A stretch of 64,000 nt of DNA from positions 1 through 64,000 of the forward strand of contig CAVOUE010000010.1 of assembly GCA_963699545.1 (NCBI GenBank), read 5' to 3'. This document shows, piece by piece, positions 18,831 through 29,270 of this stretch. A program made the translations under genes and the position numbers. Position 1 is the first letter of the stretch, and each line of letters opens with the position of its first letter. The DNA is from Nitrospirota bacterium. GTDB taxonomy: Bacteria; Nitrospirota; Thermodesulfovibrionia; Thermodesulfovibrionales; UBA9159. The notes beneath the pieces were generated by a model, which saw only the letters and a list, made by a program, of their open reading frames with translations, was not told the DNA's origin and ran no database searches.

Positions 18831-19071
18831 TTTTGCTGTCTTTGCTTCCCGTGATCTCCTTCACCGTTTCCGTTGTCTGTTCGATGCCCTTAATGACCTT
18901 TTCGCTCCCTTCCTTGAGCTTGTCCGCCTTCTCCCCCACCTTCTCGCTCTGCTGCTTTACCGTCTTTCCGAACCACCGGAACTTTTCGCCTCCGCTGTAG
19001 ATGGACAGGGCAATGAAGATAATGACCGCAACAATGCACAAGAAGATAATTTTGAACAAAAGCTTAAACAT
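18814..19071 (-). CDS. Small single-TM hypothetical protein
   Basis: SD AAGGA, N-terminal TM and Lys/Glu-rich coiled tail; overlaps lolD. Confidence 0.65.
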   Translation of the reverse strand: MFKLLFKIIFLCIVAVIIFIALSIYSGGEKFRWFGKTVKQQSEKVGEKADKLKEGSEKVIKGIEQTTETVKEITGSKDSKNEKSR

Positions 19072-19180
19072 TCCTTTCTCCCTCGCAGAAAATAGTATTG
19101 AAGTTTACCAGATTCCAGCCCCTCCTGTCATTCCGGCGTGAAATAACCTCGCACTTCAGGGGGACTGTCCGGCAAAGCGC

Positions 19181-19209
19181 TTGACTCCGGCAGAGGCGGT
19201 TGATAGAAT
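19181..19209 (+). promoter_or_regulatory. Sigma70 promoter
   Basis: TTGACT-N17-TAGAAT with TG extension. Confidence 0.55.
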
Positions 19210-19335
19210 AGCCTCAATCGCAGGGGACAACCGAAATTGCTCAAGGACTCTTCCGGAATTTCAATTGATTGCTGGGGCGATAACCGGAAGATGAAGAAAG
19301 GGATGGCGATCGTGGCCGGAGATAAGTGAACCTCA

Positions 19336-20295
19336 ATGAAAGCCGTTCTAATCAGACAATTCGGACTGCCTGCGGTGATGAAGATAGAAGAGGTGGAGAG
19401 ACCCACGGTCTCCGGCGATCAGGTGCTCGTTCGCGTTTATTATACCAGCGTCAATCCCGTGGACTGGAAGATCAGAAACGGCTCCCTGAGACTTCTTACC
19501 GGATCAAAATTCCCCATGCGTCTCGGTTTTGATGTCGCGGGTGAGGTGGTCGAAACAGGTCCCGCGGCGGCCAAGCTCAAGAAGGGCGACAGGGTCTTTG
19601 GCATGCTCGATTTCAGACATACTGGAGCCTATGCCGAATATGTCTGCGTCAGGGAGAAGAATCTTGCATTGCTCCCTGAAAATCTGGATTTCAGAGAAGC
19701 CGCTGCAGTGCCCCTTGCAGGCCTCACCGCCTATCAGGCGCTCCATTATAAGGGGAAGTTAGAAAGCGGGAAGGCCGTTCTCATCAACGGCGCTTCGGGA
19801 GGGGTTGGTGCCTTTGCGGTGCAGATAGCCAGGGCCGCCGGTGCTCTCGTCACCGGTGTCTGCGGTACAGGCAATACGGAACTTGTGAGGAGCCTGGGAG
19901 CCGAAACGGTGATCAATTACCGGGAACAGGATTTTGCCGGGTCGAATGACAGGTATGACGTTATCTTCGATGCTGTGGGAAGTCGTTCGTTTTTTACCGT
20001 GAGCAAGAGCATGAAGACTTCCGGGCGTTACGTCACCACCCTGCCGAATAAACCCTCTGATATTCTCGGCTTTTTCCTCACGTCCCTGCTGCCTCCATTC
20101 TTCAGCGGGAAAAAGTCCACCTATATCAATGTCAGACCCAGCGGCCCGGACCTCCACAATCTGTGCCATTTGATAAAAGAGAAGAAGTTGATCCCCCTTA
20201 TCGACCGCGTCTTTCCTCTGGAAGAGGTTGCCGGCGCTCATGCATACAGCGAGACCGGACATGCCCGAGGCAAAATCGTGATAAAGATTTCCTGA
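19336..20295 (+). CDS. NAD(P)-dependent MDR-family oxidoreductase (quinone reductase-like)
   Basis: SVNPVDWK, GFDVAG, INGASGGVG, ARGKIVI. Confidence 0.88.
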   Translation: MKAVLIRQFGLPAVMKIEEVERPTVSGDQVLVRVYYTSVNPVDWKIRNGSLRLLTGSKFPMRLGFDVAGEVVETGPAAAKLKKGDRVFGMLDFRHTGAYAEYVCVREKNLALLPENLDFREAAAVPLAGLTAYQALHYKGKLESGKAVLINGASGGVGAFAVQIARAAGALVTGVCGTGNTELVRSLGAETVINYREQDFAGSNDRYDVIFDAVGSRSFFTVSKSMKTSGRYVTTLPNKPSDILGFFLTSLLPPFFSGKKSTYINVRPSGPDLHNLCHLIKEKKLIPLIDRVFPLEEVAGAHAYSETGHARGKIVIKIS

Positions 20296-20331
20296 CTCGC
20301 GTCCTTTCAGGCCGATTTCCAGTGCCTCTTT

Positions 20332-21930
20332 CTAATGATGTTCCTCCACAAGAAAAATAGTGTGGAAATCCAGATCCTCATTGATTCTTTTCGTATCAAA
20401 TTGAGGGAATTTCTGCTTCATCATCGATTCAAACTTGTTGGGAAATGAGGTGATTACATATACATGTTTTTGAGAGCGAAGCAGGGGATCCAAGGTCCGA
20501 ACTCCATACGATCTGACCCGCACTTTTTCAAGATATGTGGGCAATGCCATCACGTCGTACTCATATGCGACAACAGGAACTGTACGTGTCCTCTTCTGTG
20601 AAAAGTCAGTGAGTATTTTCAGCGGATGATAGTACGCCTGGAAGTAGTTGTAGTATATGTCCTGTGACTTGTGACCTTTCTCTATGTCATCCCTGAGATG
20701 TTGCTTAATATGCTCTATGCTGGACGCAAAGGTAAGGTTACAGTACACGAACAGAGCTATTGTTATGAGCATGGTCCTGGAACGCAATACGGGGATTGCC
20801 GATTGCAGAAAATATATCGTGAGAGCGAGCAGCAACGCGAAGAAAGGGGTCAGGACTACGAATACTCGATCGAAGGGAGCGTCACCCCGGACGAAGCTGA
20901 ACGCAAACGGCAAAAGAAGGGTAATGAACAAGAAAAGGGCTTCCTTCAAGAATTCCTTTTCGCCCTTCTTCAGGGATACGATGCAATACACCACCCCACC
21001 GAGCGTAAGCGGGATCAACAGATACCTTTGCGAGATAAAATGGACAAATACCTGTGGCATTGTTCCAACCAACACCCCGGCATTAAAGAGTCCCTTGCTC
21101 TCAGTATAGGGGTTATGCAGAAGCTGGTGCATGACCGGCAAATAAAAAAAAGCCGCAAGGAGGATACCCGCGACAAGAATAAAGAAGGCGAGGAGGTACA
21201 TGTTGTAGTCGTAGAATATTTTCAGGAACGAAGCGTTCCCGGCCTTTTTCCTGCCAGTTCTTTTTGGATCCGAACCCCGTTTCCCTATGAAGTGAACCAC
21301 CCCTGCGAAGAGATAAAACAGTGCCATCCCCAGTATGACGTAGATATTTGAGGGTATTGTATAGATGGCCAATGATGAACAAAGAAGAAGCGATAGGATG
21401 TCAGCCCAACCGAGTTTTCTTTCAAGACTCCATACATGGTATATCGCCATGCACAGCAGCATAATGCTCAGGCTATATCCACGCACCTGGACGGCAAAAT
21501 TATAGTACGGAACGGTCGTGGCAAGAAGTATTAAAGATAGTTGGGCAACAGACGTGTTAAAGAATTTCTTACCTATCAAATAAAGATAGGAGAAAGTCAC
21601 CAGGGTATAGGCCAACTGCACGAGACGAATAACGTAGGTATGATCGATAAGTTCGTAGATATGCTTTGTATCGGTAAATTTCAGGAAGATATTATTGATG
21701 AGGTTGAAGAATATGTGATTGTTGGGGAAAGAATAATCCGTGATCGTCCTTTTCAACGGGACAAACACATAATTGTTCAGCGTAAACACTTCGTCGTACC
21801 AGAAGTCCAGGTTTATATATCTCAATAGCCATAACAGAAAAGGAAGTACAATGGCGGCACTCACTACTTTCTCCCGCAATGGATGCCCGGACCTGTTCAC
21901 TGTTTCTTTCTTGGCAGTTTTTTTGCTCAT
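20332..21930 (-). CDS. Multi-TM GT-C (PMT/GT39-like) glycosyltransferase
   Basis: WYDE after TM1, NNH, VRGYS, more than 10 hydrophobic segments. Confidence 0.6.
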   Translation of the reverse strand: MSKKTAKKETVNRSGHPLREKVVSAAIVLPFLLWLLRYINLDFWYDEVFTLNNYVFVPLKRTITDYSFPNNHIFFNLINNIFLKFTDTKHIYELIDHTYVIRLVQLAYTLVTFSYLYLIGKKFFNTSVAQLSLILLATTVPYYNFAVQVRGYSLSIMLLCMAIYHVWSLERKLGWADILSLLLCSSLAIYTIPSNIYVILGMALFYLFAGVVHFIGKRGSDPKRTGRKKAGNASFLKIFYDYNMYLLAFFILVAGILLAAFFYLPVMHQLLHNPYTESKGLFNAGVLVGTMPQVFVHFISQRYLLIPLTLGGVVYCIVSLKKGEKEFLKEALFLFITLLLPFAFSFVRGDAPFDRVFVVLTPFFALLLALTIYFLQSAIPVLRSRTMLITIALFVYCNLTFASSIEHIKQHLRDDIEKGHKSQDIYYNYFQAYYHPLKILTDFSQKRTRTVPVVAYEYDVMALPTYLEKVRVRSYGVRTLDPLLRSQKHVYVITSFPNKFESMMKQKFPQFDTKRINEDLDFHTIFLVEEHH

Positions 21931-22226
21931 ATGCACCGGAGGTTCTCTATGCGCTGCTCATCCTTGTATCAGACACTCGGACCTTCATGGATTTCCTCTT
22001 GCGATATGCACAATTATAGGGGTTCACAGGAGCAAAGTACAGAAGAAAACTTCAGCCCGCCACCAGGGTCCTGAGCAAGCTAAAGGCGGCGACGGCGATG
22101 TGCAGACCGCACTTGACGTACCCCTTGACACCTGCGCACGCTCCGGCACTTTGTGCCCATTCTTTGACATCCGCGTCCCAAAAATGATACCTTTCAGCAT
22201 GGGTCCCACATGTTTCTGAGGAGATC

Positions 22227-22863
22227 ATGAAGGTATGCGAGATATTCTCAAGTATCCAGGGGGAATCCACGTATGCGGGCGTGCCATTCACGTTCATAAG
22301 AATGACCGGCTGTAATCTGAGGTGTTCCTATTGCGATACCGTCTATGCATACGAAGAGGGCACGGAACTGACAGAGGAAGAGATAATGGAGAGGATACAG
22401 GCGATCGGCCTGAAGACAGTGGAGATAACCGGGGGTGAACCGTTGCTCCAGAAAGATGTACCCCTTCTCGCAAGAAGGCTCCTTGACGAGGGGTACACGG
22501 TCCTCATCGAGACGAACGGAAGCCAGGATATCCGGGGCGTGGACAAACGGGCCGTGATGGTCCTCGATATAAAGACACCGGGAAGCGGCATGGCGGATAA
22601 GATGAGGCTTTCGAATCTCCCTCTTCTCGGGCCTGGAGACGAGGTGAAGTTCGTTATCACTGACAGAAATGATTACGAATGGGCGAAGAATCTTTGTCAG
22701 AGAACATTCCTTTGCAGGGAAGTGCACGGTCCTCTTTTCTCCTGCTTTCGGTCTTCTGGATCCCCGGCATCTCTCAGGATGGATACTGAAAGATAAGCTC
22801 GCGGTCAGGCTGAACCTCCCGTTGCACAAGTATATCTACGGTCCTGATATGCGCGGAGTATGA
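22227..22863 (+). CDS. queE: 7-carboxy-7-deazaguanine synthase (radical SAM); frameshift near 22690
   Basis: EIFSSIQGE, CNLRCSYC, TGGEP, ETNG; C-terminal FSP...WIL...RLNLPLHKYI in a shifted frame. Confidence 0.88.
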
Positions 22864-23354
22864 AGGCTGAGATACATCCTGAACTCATGTTCGAAATGAC
22901 CGCTCAGTATCCCCTTGCCCATGACTTCCTCTATTTCATCCAAACTCCAGTATCTCACCTCATCGATCTCGTCCCGGTTAAACGCAATCTCCCCTGAAAA
23001 CATGCAGCGATAGGTGGTTACAAGCTCTGTTTCATTTTGGCTCGGGTGGGTATAGGAATAAAGGTATTCCATCCCGCAGTCCGTGATACCCAGTTCCTCT
23101 TCCATCTCCCTTCCGGCAGAGGAAGGAAGTGCCTCGCCTATCCCGACGTGCCCTCCCACTGACGTATCCCACTTGCCCGGGGCAACATCCTTGTTCATTG
23201 AGCGCCTCTGCAGGAGCAGCTTTCCCTCAGGATCGAATACGAGGACATGCACCACCCGGTGGATGAGGGCAGGATCGCCGTGGACCGCAGACCTTGGAGC
23301 AAGGCCGACGACCTCTCCCTTTTCATTGACGATCTCTAACCGTTCTTCCGACAT
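22836..23354 (-). CDS. NUDIX hydrolase (IPP isomerase-like)
   Basis: HRVVHVLVF, GGHVGIGE...AGREMEEELG Nudix box. Confidence 0.85.
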   Translation of the reverse strand: MSEERLEIVNEKGEVVGLAPRSAVHGDPALIHRVVHVLVFDPEGKLLLQRRSMNKDVAPGKWDTSVGGHVGIGEALPSSAGREMEEELGITDCGMEYLYSYTHPSQNETELVTTYRCMFSGEIAFNRDEIDEVRYWSLDEIEEVMGKGILSGHFEHEFRMYLSLHTPRISGP

Positions 23355-23487
23355 GGCTGATGCTTTCCTGACCAGAATATCATCGCATACGGGTCAGGAA
23401 AAAGCCAGCAGGCAGGGCCGATCTGTTCATACCACGCGGCCCCTTCCTCTCCTTTCAAAACAGTCCTGAATCTGCTACAATGCTGTC

Positions 23488-23955
23488 ATGCAATCGAAGA
23501 CAAACGAGCTTAAGAAGAAGGTATTTCACGGGATGCTCGATTTGGCAGGACGTGTCTTCGTTGTGGCGAGATACTCCGAGAACGTGATCATAGGAAACCG
23601 GGGGTTCACGGAGGACGAAAAAAAGAACGGTATCGTCATCGTCTTTAACACGGGAATGAACTTCTCGTGGGATGATACCGGGATCTCTTCGACCCTTGTC
23701 TTCGGTACGTCCCCTCAAAAATGCTTCATCCCTGCAGATGACATCGTGGCGATATATTCTCCTGAGTTGAACTCCCAGTTCGTCACGGCGATGCCGCCCC
23801 GCGCGGACACGACCGAGGAGCAAGACAAAGCGGCAGCTGAGGCCGGGGGGGGAGAGGCAGGGTCCAAGGTAGTGAAAGTTGACTTCACCAGAAAGAGAAC
23901 ATCCAGAAAGATTAAACCAACACCCAGCGACGAGACCACCCATCATGAGTCCTGA
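23488..23955 (+). CDS. SspB-like ClpXP adaptor (stringent starvation protein B family)
   Basis: [13 protein letters not shown]...CFIP beta core, acidic linker, [11 protein letters not shown] tail. Confidence 0.6.
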   Translation: MQSKTNELKKKVFHGMLDLAGRVFVVARYSENVIIGNRGFTEDEKKNGIVIVFNTGMNFSWDDTGISSTLVFGTSPQKCFIPADDIVAIYSPELNSQFVTAMPPRADTTEEQDKAAAEAGGGEAGSKVVKVDFTRKRTSRKIKPTPSDETTHHES

Positions 23956-25867
23956 GGAGAAGATCAGGGTTCTCACTGACTTCGACCTCCACCTCATCGG
24001 AGAGGGGAGCCATCACAAACAATACGAAAAGCTCGGCGCCCATATTATGGAGATCGAAGGAACGAAAGGCGTTCATTTCGCCGTATGGGCTCCCAACGCC
24101 AAAAGCGTAAGCGTCATCGGCGATTTTAACGGCTGGAATTCAAAAACACATTCCATGCGCAGTCTCGGCTCATCAGGCATATGGGAGATCTTTGTCACGG
24201 GCATTGGAGAGGGCGCCGTTTACAAGTTCGAGATACGCTCGCGTTACGGCAAGTTCACTGCGCAGAAGGCGGACCCCTTTGCCTTTTATTTTGAACTCAG
24301 ACCAAAGAGCGCCTCCATCGTGTACGCCATAGACGGCTATCAGTGGACCGACGGAAAATGGATGGAGGAACGATCAAAGACCCACTGGCTTGATTCCCCC
24401 GTTTCAATGTACGAAGTCCATCTCGGCTCATGGATGAGGGCGCCCGACGGGGACAGCCGCTGGCTCACATACAGGGAGCTTGCCGATACCCTCATCCCCT
24501 ATGTCAAAGAGATGGGATACACTCATATCGAACTTCTCCCCGTCACCGAGCACCCCCTGGATGCCTCCTGGGGCTACCAGACCCTAGGGTACTTCGCGCC
24601 CACCTGCAGGCATGGAGAGCCAAGAGATTTTATGTATTTCATGGACCGGTGTCACCGGGAAGAGATCGGGGTTATCCTCGACTGGGTGCCGGCCCACTTT
24701 CCCACAGACGGCCACGGCCTCGGGTTCTTTGACGGGACATGCCTTTATGAACATGCGGACCCCCGGAAAGGCTTCCATCCGGACTGGGGGACAAAGATAT
24801 TCAACTACGGCCGCAACGAGGTGAGGAGTTTCCTCATCTCCAATGCCATTTTCTGGTTCGAAAAATACCATATTGACGGACTCCGTGTCGATGCCGTAGC
24901 ATCCATGCTCTACCTCGACTATTCGAGAAAGGAAGGGGAATGGATCCCGAACATGTACGGCGGAAGGGAAAACCTGGAGGCCATCGATTTCCTGAAAAAG
25001 TTCAACGAGGTCTCACACCAGTACCATCCCGGCGTGCTCACTGTTGCGGAGGAGTCCACCGCATGGCCTAATGTCTCAAAGCCGACCTATCTTGGGGGAC
25101 TGGGGTTCAGCATGAAGTGGAACATGGGATGGATGAACGACACCCTCGAATATTTCTCGAAAGACCCTGTCCACAGGAAATACCATCACAATAACCTCAC
25201 CTTCAGCCTCCTCTATGCCTTTACCGAAAACTTCATCCTCCCCCTGTCCCACGACGAAGTGGTGCACGGGAAAGGGTCATTATTGAACAAGGTGCCGGGG
25301 GATATGTGGCAGAAGTTTGCCGGCCTGAGGTCTTTGTATGGCTTCATGTATGGCCATCCCGGCAAAAAGCTCTTCTTCATGGGCGGGGAGATCGGCCAAT
25401 GGGACGAATGGAATTTCAATACAAGCCTTGACTGGCATCTTCTGGAATATGAGCCGCATAAAGGACTCCAGAGGTTTGTAAAAGATATCAACCATATCTA
25501 CAGATCTGAGCCGTCCCTTTACGAGATTGATTTCGACTACAGGGGCTTTGAGTGGATAGACTTCCACGACGTGGAGGGAAGCTCCATAGCCTTCTTGAGA
25601 AAGGCGAAGAATCCTGACGACTTCACGGTCTTTGTCTGCAACTTTACCCCTGTGCCGAGGCTGCATTACAGGATAGGGGTGCCTGCATCAGGGTTTTACA
25701 AAGAACTGTTAAACAGCGACTCGTCCGTATACTGGGGGAGCAACATGGGAAACGCAGGCGGTGTTTATGCCGAGCATTTCCCGTTCCAGGGCAGACCCTA
25801 CTCAATTCAGATCACCCTGCCACCGCTGGCAGTGGTACTCTTTAAGCCTGAAAGGGAGAAAAGGTAA
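23945..25867 (+). CDS. glgB: 1,4-alpha-glucan branching enzyme
   Basis: [51 protein letters not shown]. Confidence 0.96.
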   Translation: MSPEEKIRVLTDFDLHLIGEGSHHKQYEKLGAHIMEIEGTKGVHFAVWAPNAKSVSVIGDFNGWNSKTHSMRSLGSSGIWEIFVTGIGEGAVYKFEIRSRYGKFTAQKADPFAFYFELRPKSASIVYAIDGYQWTDGKWMEERSKTHWLDSPVSMYEVHLGSWMRAPDGDSRWLTYRELADTLIPYVKEMGYTHIELLPVTEHPLDASWGYQTLGYFAPTCRHGEPRDFMYFMDRCHREEIGVILDWVPAHFPTDGHGLGFFDGTCLYEHADPRKGFHPDWGTKIFNYGRNEVRSFLISNAIFWFEKYHIDGLRVDAVASMLYLDYSRKEGEWIPNMYGGRENLEAIDFLKKFNEVSHQYHPGVLTVAEESTAWPNVSKPTYLGGLGFSMKWNMGWMNDTLEYFSKDPVHRKYHHNNLTFSLLYAFTENFILPLSHDEVVHGKGSLLNKVPGDMWQKFAGLRSLYGFMYGHPGKKLFFMGGEIGQWDEWNFNTSLDWHLLEYEPHKGLQRFVKDINHIYRSEPSLYEIDFDYRGFEWIDFHDVEGSSIAFLRKAKNPDDFTVFVCNFTPVPRLHYRIGVPASGFYKELLNSDSSVYWGSNMGNAGGVYAEHFPFQGRPYSIQITLPPLAVVLFKPEREKR

Positions 25868-25872
25868 GATAT

Positions 25873-26787
25873 TTATCCCTTCATCATCTCTTCAATGGTG
25901 ATCAGCACCGATGCTGCAAGGGCATCGAGATCATAGCCTCCCTCAAGGGTAAATACGGCGGGAGCAGGAAACGAGAGGATGGACTTCACGATGGACCGGA
26001 CGCCTTCATCAGAGACCCGTATCGCGGCAAGGGGGTCGTCCTTATGGATATCATATCCGGCTGACACTAGGACAATTTCCGGTTCGAATTTCTTCATTAA
26101 CCCGGTGAGGACATCATGATAAGCGGGAAAATATTCTCTGTCCCCCGATCCGCCTGTCATCGGCATGTTATAGGTAAACCCCTTGCCCTTCCCGATCCCC
26201 TGCTCTGAATCCTTTCCAGTCCCCGGATAATGGGGATACTGATGGGTGCTGAAATAAAAGACGGTGTCATCATCCTCAAAGGTGTGCTGCGTGCCGTTTC
26301 CGTGGTGGACATCAAAATCCACAATAAAGACCTTCTTGAAGCCGATCTTCTGCGCATACCGCGCACCCACTGCAATATTATTGAAGATGCAGAACCCCAT
26401 GGCCCGGTCCGCCTCTGCATGATGCCCGGGAGGTCTCACCGCACAGAAGGCCCTGTCGATCTCGCCTTTCCCGCACCGCTCCACGGCTTCCATCACCGCC
26501 CCCGCGGCGAATAATGCCGCGTCAAGGCTTCCCCTGGAAAGATACGTATCAGGGTCAAGGTATCCTTCCCCGGTCCTTTTTATCTTCTCGACATAGTCAT
26601 GGGAATGTACCGTCTCTATATCATCGAAGCCGGCCTTCCTCGGCTTGATATGGACGAGCTTGTCCCACACGGAAGAATCCTTCAGGGTATTGATGATTGA
26701 GATCAGCCGCTCCTTGCACTCCGGATGCCACTGCGGCGTCTCATGCTGAAGGAAGACGTCGTCATAGAGAAACCCCACTCTTTTCAT
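25873..26787 (-). CDS. Histone deacetylase family protein (AcuC/AphA-like)
   Basis: HPE, RPPGHHA, GFCIFNN, DFDVHHGNGTQ, SAGYD, LEGGY. Confidence 0.92.
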   Translation of the reverse strand: MKRVGFLYDDVFLQHETPQWHPECKERLISIINTLKDSSVWDKLVHIKPRKAGFDDIETVHSHDYVEKIKRTGEGYLDPDTYLSRGSLDAALFAAGAVMEAVERCGKGEIDRAFCAVRPPGHHAEADRAMGFCIFNNIAVGARYAQKIGFKKVFIVDFDVHHGNGTQHTFEDDDTVFYFSTHQYPHYPGTGKDSEQGIGKGKGFTYNMPMTGGSGDREYFPAYHDVLTGLMKKFEPEIVLVSAGYDIHKDDPLAAIRVSDEGVRSIVKSILSFPAPAVFTLEGGYDLDALAASVLITIEEMMKG

Positions 26788-26793
26788 AACGCC

Positions 26794-26926
26794 ATTGTAT
26801 CTATGAGGGGGTCATTAGTCAAATGAATTGTTCTATCCGGATTTTCCGAGAACCTTGAGAAATAACTCGGCTACTTCATGTTAGCCCCTTCAGTTTCATT
26901 GTATCAGGAGCGGAACCAATTGTCAA
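26794..26926 (-). promoter_or_regulatory. Two tandem sigma70 promoters of the deacetylase gene
   Basis: TTGACT-N17-TACAAT (26822-26794) and TTGACA-N17-TACAAT (26926-26898). Confidence 0.6.
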
Positions 26927-26981
26927 AATGAGGCGGGCTTTCAGGTTTGCAGGCGAGTTTCATAATACATTAGAATAAACA

Positions 26982-28223
26982 ATGCAGGAAAAAGACTATA
27001 TCGGAGAGCTCTCAAAATGCGTGAGGTGCGGAAGCTGCAAGGCGTACTGCCCCACGTACGATGAGGGCTTGACAGAGGCCATGGGGGCCCGGGGCCGCCT
27101 CACCCTCCTCAGAGGACTCCTGAACGGGCAGCTGGAGCCTTCACCCCTTCTCAGAGACCGGATATTCAGCTGTATCCTCTGCGGAGCGTGCGAGAAACTC
27201 TGCCCTCCCGAGGTCGGTATTACCGAGGCCATTTATCACGGCAGGAAATTACTCCGCCCTCTGGACCGGAGGATGAAACATCTCGAGCGCCTCTTACGTT
27301 TCTCTGTCAGGAGACCGATGCTGAGCTTCAGGATCGCAAAGGCATTACAGCATGTGGGTGTTCCGACTCACAAGATTCTTGATGTCTTCTCCCCTCACCG
27401 TCGGCGACTCGGCGGAGAAAAGAATGCCGCCTCGGCGCAAAGGGGGATACTCCCCTTTGCGCTTACCATCCCCGACAGTCCTCTCAGGGATCACCAGCAG
27501 GTATATAAGCCCGAAAGGAAAATCGGCCGTGTTGCGCTCTTCACAGGCTGCAGCACGAATTTTCTCTACCCCCATCTCGGGACTTCTCTAATCAACGTTC
27601 TCCTGCGTCTCGGATATGAGGTGGTGCTTCCAGCGGGAGAAGCCTGCTGTGGAGCACCCTTCAGGAGTCTCGGGCTGGAGGACGAAGCTGTGGAACTGGC
27701 AAAGAAGAACTATGAGACATTCAGAAAACTGAATGTAGAGGCTATTCTGAGTCTTTGCCCCACCTGCATTCTCTCCATAGGAACGCACTATCCGAACCTT
27801 ATAGGCAAAGGGCTGGAAACTGCCATGGATATCTCAATGTTTCTTATGAATAAGCTTGGATCTCGTGAGGTCCCTCCTCTTCACCATGTGAGATCTGCGA
27901 CGTATCATGATCCCTGCCACCTGAATTATTCCCTTGGTATCAAGAAAGAACCCCGGGAGCTGATCCGACGCGCAGGGATAGAATTGATCGAGGCGGAGGG
28001 AGAGGGGTGCTGCGGGTTCGGCGGCGTCTTCAGCCTGTGCAATCGCGACCTCTCCGGAGATCTCATGGATAAACGGGTTGATGCCTATCTCAGAACGGGC
28101 GCCGAGGCGATAGTCACCGCATGTCCTGGCTGCATGTTACAGCTCGGCGCCGGCATAAAGGACAGGCCGGTTCTTCATATCATCGAACTGGTGGAGGAAG
28201 CGATCTGCAAGACAAGGAAATAA
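26982..28223 (+). CDS. Fe-S oxidoreductase, GlcF/heterodisulfide reductase-like (2x[4Fe-4S] plus CCG domains)
   Basis: CVRCGSCKAYCP, CILCGACEKLCP, CCG, YHDPCHL, CCGFGG, TACPGC. Confidence 0.88.
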   Translation: MQEKDYIGELSKCVRCGSCKAYCPTYDEGLTEAMGARGRLTLLRGLLNGQLEPSPLLRDRIFSCILCGACEKLCPPEVGITEAIYHGRKLLRPLDRRMKHLERLLRFSVRRPMLSFRIAKALQHVGVPTHKILDVFSPHRRRLGGEKNAASAQRGILPFALTIPDSPLRDHQQVYKPERKIGRVALFTGCSTNFLYPHLGTSLINVLLRLGYEVVLPAGEACCGAPFRSLGLEDEAVELAKKNYETFRKLNVEAILSLCPTCILSIGTHYPNLIGKGLETAMDISMFLMNKLGSREVPPLHHVRSATYHDPCHLNYSLGIKKEPRELIRRAGIELIEAEGEGCCGFGGVFSLCNRDLSGDLMDKRVDAYLRTGAEAIVTACPGCMLQLGAGIKDRPVLHIIELVEEAICKTRK

Positions 28224-28337
28224 CGGTAAAGGAGTGGACCGCCCTGAGCTGTGGTTTTAGAGAGCGGGGAGTTGTTATAATAACTGATTACGGATGTGTA
28301 ATTGTTTGTTGAATGTTGATCCTCAGGGGGAGGCAGA

Positions 28338-28409
28338 ATGAAATTCTTTATCGATACGGCAAACGTCAGTGAGATCAGGAAGGACTGGGAAAAAGTTCCG
28401 GGGAGGTAG
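28338..28409 (+). pseudogene. 5' fragment of a transaldolase/fructose-6-phosphate aldolase gene
   Basis: Strong SD then MKFFIDTANVSEIRK, the canonical Tal/Fsa N-terminus; stops after 23 aa. Confidence 0.7.
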
Positions 28410-28410
28410 C

Positions 28411-28614
28411 ATGCCGATATTTGAATATAAGTGCTGCGCGTGTGGCGAGGATTTCGAAAAGCTGGTCTTCGGGAGTCAGAGGGTAACCTGCCCGAAATGC
28501 AGTTCAGAAGATATCAGGAAGAAGTTTTCGACGTTCGGCATGAGTGGTGTCCAGAATCCCGGCTCGTCAGGCTGCAGTTCCTGCAGCAGCGGTTCCTGCA
28601 GCTCATGCAAATGA
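28411..28614 (+). CDS. FmdB-family zinc-ribbon protein
   Basis: MPIFEYKCCACG...FE...CPKC, Cys/Ser tail. Confidence 0.85.
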   Translation: MPIFEYKCCACGEDFEKLVFGSQRVTCPKCSSEDIRKKFSTFGMSGVQNPGSSGCSSCSSGSCSSCK

Positions 28615-28617
28615 GGC

Positions 28618-28729
28618 AAACCCAAAATTGTAATGTCTAAATACTAAACAGCTTTTCAGAATTGTTTGGTGTTTTGTCCATTCGAACTTGTTGAGAGTTT
28701 CGAGCTTGGAATTTCGGATTTTGGAGTTT
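28618..28729. repeat. Degenerate inverted heptamer-repeat element
   Basis: AAACCCAAAATTGTAATGTCTAAATACTAAACA opposed to TGTTTGG...TTTCGAGCTTGGAATTTCGGATTTTGGAGTTT, about 7-nt periodicity. Confidence 0.45.
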
Positions 28730-28730
28730 G

Positions 28731-29192
28731 TTACCTTTCAGGGTATTTGAAGGGATTTCCCCTCACGATCTTGCTCAGTTTCAGGGGTGTCTCTTCCATC
28801 TGAAAGACCGCCATCCCCCGCTCGCGTATGGTATCTTTGCCCACGACCCACGTTCCCTTCCAGGCGATGTTCACATAAACCTTCGACTTCTCTATCTCCA
28901 CCCACCGGGGCGTAAAGGTCAGGTCAACAGAATCAAAATGCCTGACGGAATCGATGACGTCATGGTATCCTTCCTTTGTGCACTTGTCGGTGATAGCGGC
29001 AAAATCCTTTTTCGCATAGGCATCCCTCACCGCCTCGGCGATGGCAAATGCATCCTGCGCCATGGTGGACTCGCGGGACACCGCTTTTACCTCTTTTCCC
29101 CCGCCACACGCGGCGATGAATACCAGGAGAACACAGCACGAGACGCAGAATGCCGCCCTCTGTGTCATGTGCGCCCTCCTCGCTTCTTTCAT
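28731..29192 (-). CDS. Hypothetical lipoprotein
   Basis: Hydrophobic leader ending IAAC (lipobox); start uncertain (29210/29192/29168). Confidence 0.65.
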   Translation of the reverse strand: MKEARRAHMTQRAAFCVSCCVLLVFIAACGGGKEVKAVSRESTMAQDAFAIAEAVRDAYAKKDFAAITDKCTKEGYHDVIDSVRHFDSVDLTFTPRWVEIEKSKVYVNIAWKGTWVVGKDTIRERGMAVFQMEETPLKLSKIVRGNPFKYPER

Positions 29193-29270
29193 ATCAACTC
29201 CGATCTTCATTGTCAGTGAATCCTAACAAAGGCTTACCGCGTTGTCAAGGGAACCGGCTTTTCAACGGGA

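Noticed and set aside
21931-22226. preQ1 riboswitch upstream of queE
   Set aside because: No recognisable hairpin plus A-rich tail consensus by eye; an Rfam scan would be needed.
27385-27450. Possible repeat insertion in the Fe-S protein (FSPHRRRLGGEKNAASAQRG)
   Set aside because: Only a weak inverted repeat in a naturally variable region.
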